From assembly GCA_036918135.1 (NCBI GenBank), contig JBALDB010000053.1:32001-96000 (forward strand): a stretch of DNA of 64,000 bases, given 5' to 3'. The DNA is from Nostoc sp. GTDB taxonomy: Bacteria > Cyanobacteriota > Cyanobacteriia > Cyanobacteriales > Nostocaceae. The first letter of the stretch is position 1, and every line of letters starts with the position of its first letter. Positions 62,761 to 64,000 of the stretch are shown one piece after another. The position numbers were made by a program, and so were the translations under genes. Under the pieces are notes generated by a model. It did not search any database. It was not told the DNA's origin and was given only the letters and a program-made list of their open reading frames with translations.

Positions 62761-64000
62761 ATGTCAGTGTATCAAGGAAGTTGTGGGGAGACCGCCGATG
62801 TGATTATTGGTGTTCACAACCAAGAAAACCGGGAATTACAAGCGAATTCTACTCCTGTGGGCGCTCTTGCTACAAGACAAGGAACTTTTTCTTCGTTTCT
62901 TGCTCCCTTGACTCAAGATACTTTTAAACAGGTTGTTAAGGATGTCGAGCAAAAATTACAGATTGTCCATCAAACCCTATCAATGCTGGATTCTCACGGG
63001 TTTGAAACTATCTTGCAAGAAATGTTGCATTCGATTACCTTAAAAACCGGGGAATTACTGGGGGCAGACCGAACGACGATATTTTTATTGGATGAAGAAA
63101 AACAAGAACTCTGGTCAATTTTAGCTGAGGGGACAGGCGATCGCTCTTTAGAAATTCGCATCCCCGCTGATAAAGGTATCGGTGGTGAGGTCGCTACTTT
63201 CAAGCAAGTTATCAATATTCCCTTTGATTTTTATAACGACCCGCGATCGCATTTTGCCCAAGAACAAGAAAAAAGAACTGGCTATCGTACTTACACAATG
63301 CTGGCTTTGCCACTGTTAAACGAACACGGGCAATTAGTCGCAGTGGTGCAATTACTGAATAAATTAAAATCTGATAATAATTCCACTGCTCCACTGGCAG
63401 AGCGCATTGATACCAACGGTTTTATCTGTGCTGACGAACAATTATTTCAAGAATTTGCCCCTTCAATTCGACTGATTTTAGAATCATCGCGCTCTTTTTA
63501 TGTAGCTACTCAAAAACAAAGAGCAGTAGCGGCACTGATGAAAGCAATCAAATCGCTTTCTCAAAGCAGTCTCGATTTAGAAGACACCCTCAAGCGGGTG
63601 ATGGATGAAGCCAAGGAATTGATGAATGCCGATCGCAGTACACTATGGTTAATAGACCGCGATCGGCATCAATTGTGGACGAAAATTACTCAAGATGATG
63701 GTTCGACTAAGGAGTTACGCGTCCCCATCGGTAAAGGCTTTGCTGGAATAGTGGCTGCATCCGGCAAGAAGCTAAATATTCCCTTTGATTTATACAACCA
63801 TCCCGACTCGGAAACAGCCAAACAACTCGACCAGCAAAATGGCTATCGCACCTGTAGTTTACTTTGTATGCCAGTATTTAACGCCGACCAAGAATTAATC
63901 GGTGTTACTCAGTTAGTCAATAAAAAGAAATCTGAGGATTTACTGGCTTACGACCCTGCTTCTTGGCCGAAAGCTCCCGAATGCTTCCAAGCTAGTTTTG
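62761..64000 (+). CDS. cyaB2: Tandem-GAF adenylate cyclase CyaB2, 3'-truncated by the window edge
   Basis: Manual translation MSVYQG...FLAPLTQDTFKQVV..LLGADRTTIFLLDEEKQELWS...QLLNK...MNADRSTLWLID...QLVNKK; open to the window end, so absent from the ORF track. Confidence 0.9.
   Translation, partial: MSVYQGSCGETADVIIGVHNQENRELQANSTPVGALATRQGTFSSFLAPLTQDTFKQVVKDVEQKLQIVHQTLSMLDSHGFETILQEMLHSITLKTGELLGADRTTIFLLDEEKQELWSILAEGTGDRSLEIRIPADKGIGGEVATFKQVINIPFDFYNDPRSHFAQEQEKRTGYRTYTMLALPLLNEHGQLVAVVQLLNKLKSDNNSTAPLAERIDTNGFICADEQLFQEFAPSIRLILESSRSFYVATQKQRAVAALMKAIKSLSQSSLDLEDTLKRVMDEAKELMNADRSTLWLIDRDRHQLWTKITQDDGSTKELRVPIGKGFAGIVAASGKKLNIPFDLYNHPDSETAKQLDQQNGYRTCSLLCMPVFNADQELIGVTQLVNKKKSEDLLAYDPASWPKAPECFQASF

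Noticed and set aside
62060..62927. Short ORFs upstream of and overlapping cyaB2
   Set aside because: Repeat-derived or out of frame with cyaB2; no recognisable product
1..64000. Very frequent GCGATCGC octamer
   Set aside because: This is HIP1, a well-known genome-wide cyanobacterial feature; used only as a taxonomic clue
1..64000. CRISPR array, integrase, transposase or reverse transcriptase
   Set aside because: No regularly spaced repeat-spacer array and no such ORF motifs seen; the Cas4-like domain has no cas1/cas2 or array nearby

Overview
This is a 64-kb chromosomal segment of a heterocyst-forming cyanobacterium (Nostoc-like), judged from the dense HIP1 GCGATCGC sites, STRR heptamer tracts, small dispersed repeats and a near-identical Nostoc BDLP. 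The backbone is housekeeping: gloB, rplI, intein-less dnaB, FKBP, pyrF/pyrE fusion, mlaFD, ltaE, ndhV-like, acsF, ycf66, gnd, rplU-rpmA, comM/yifB, cysK, cobB, the fbp-tal-zwf-opcA operon, tRNA-Val(CAC), purK followed by 6S RNA, and the 5' part of cyaB2. Three accessory modules stand out. (1) 4535-10053: an operon of an RcaD-like winged-helix protein, a P-loop ATPase and a triple fusion of DEDDy exonuclease, 4-Cys PD-(D/E)xK nuclease and FtsK translocase; a candidate defence or DNA-processing system. (2) 22565-25146: a protein with a Lys/Glu-rich tail followed by one degenerate and one intact graspetide-type ATP-grasp ligase; a candidate RiPP or protein-crosslinking system. (3) 34536-41235: a dynamin pair, the second fused to a J-domain, split by an AT-rich nuclease-TPR gene with a single in-frame stop. 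Also present are several pseudogenes missing from the ORF track, MITEs (one with a target duplication whose removal restores a reading frame), repeats translated inside genes, a CopR-type box and a 37-bp motif shared by two promoters. All family assignments come from motif recognition by eye; no database search was run.
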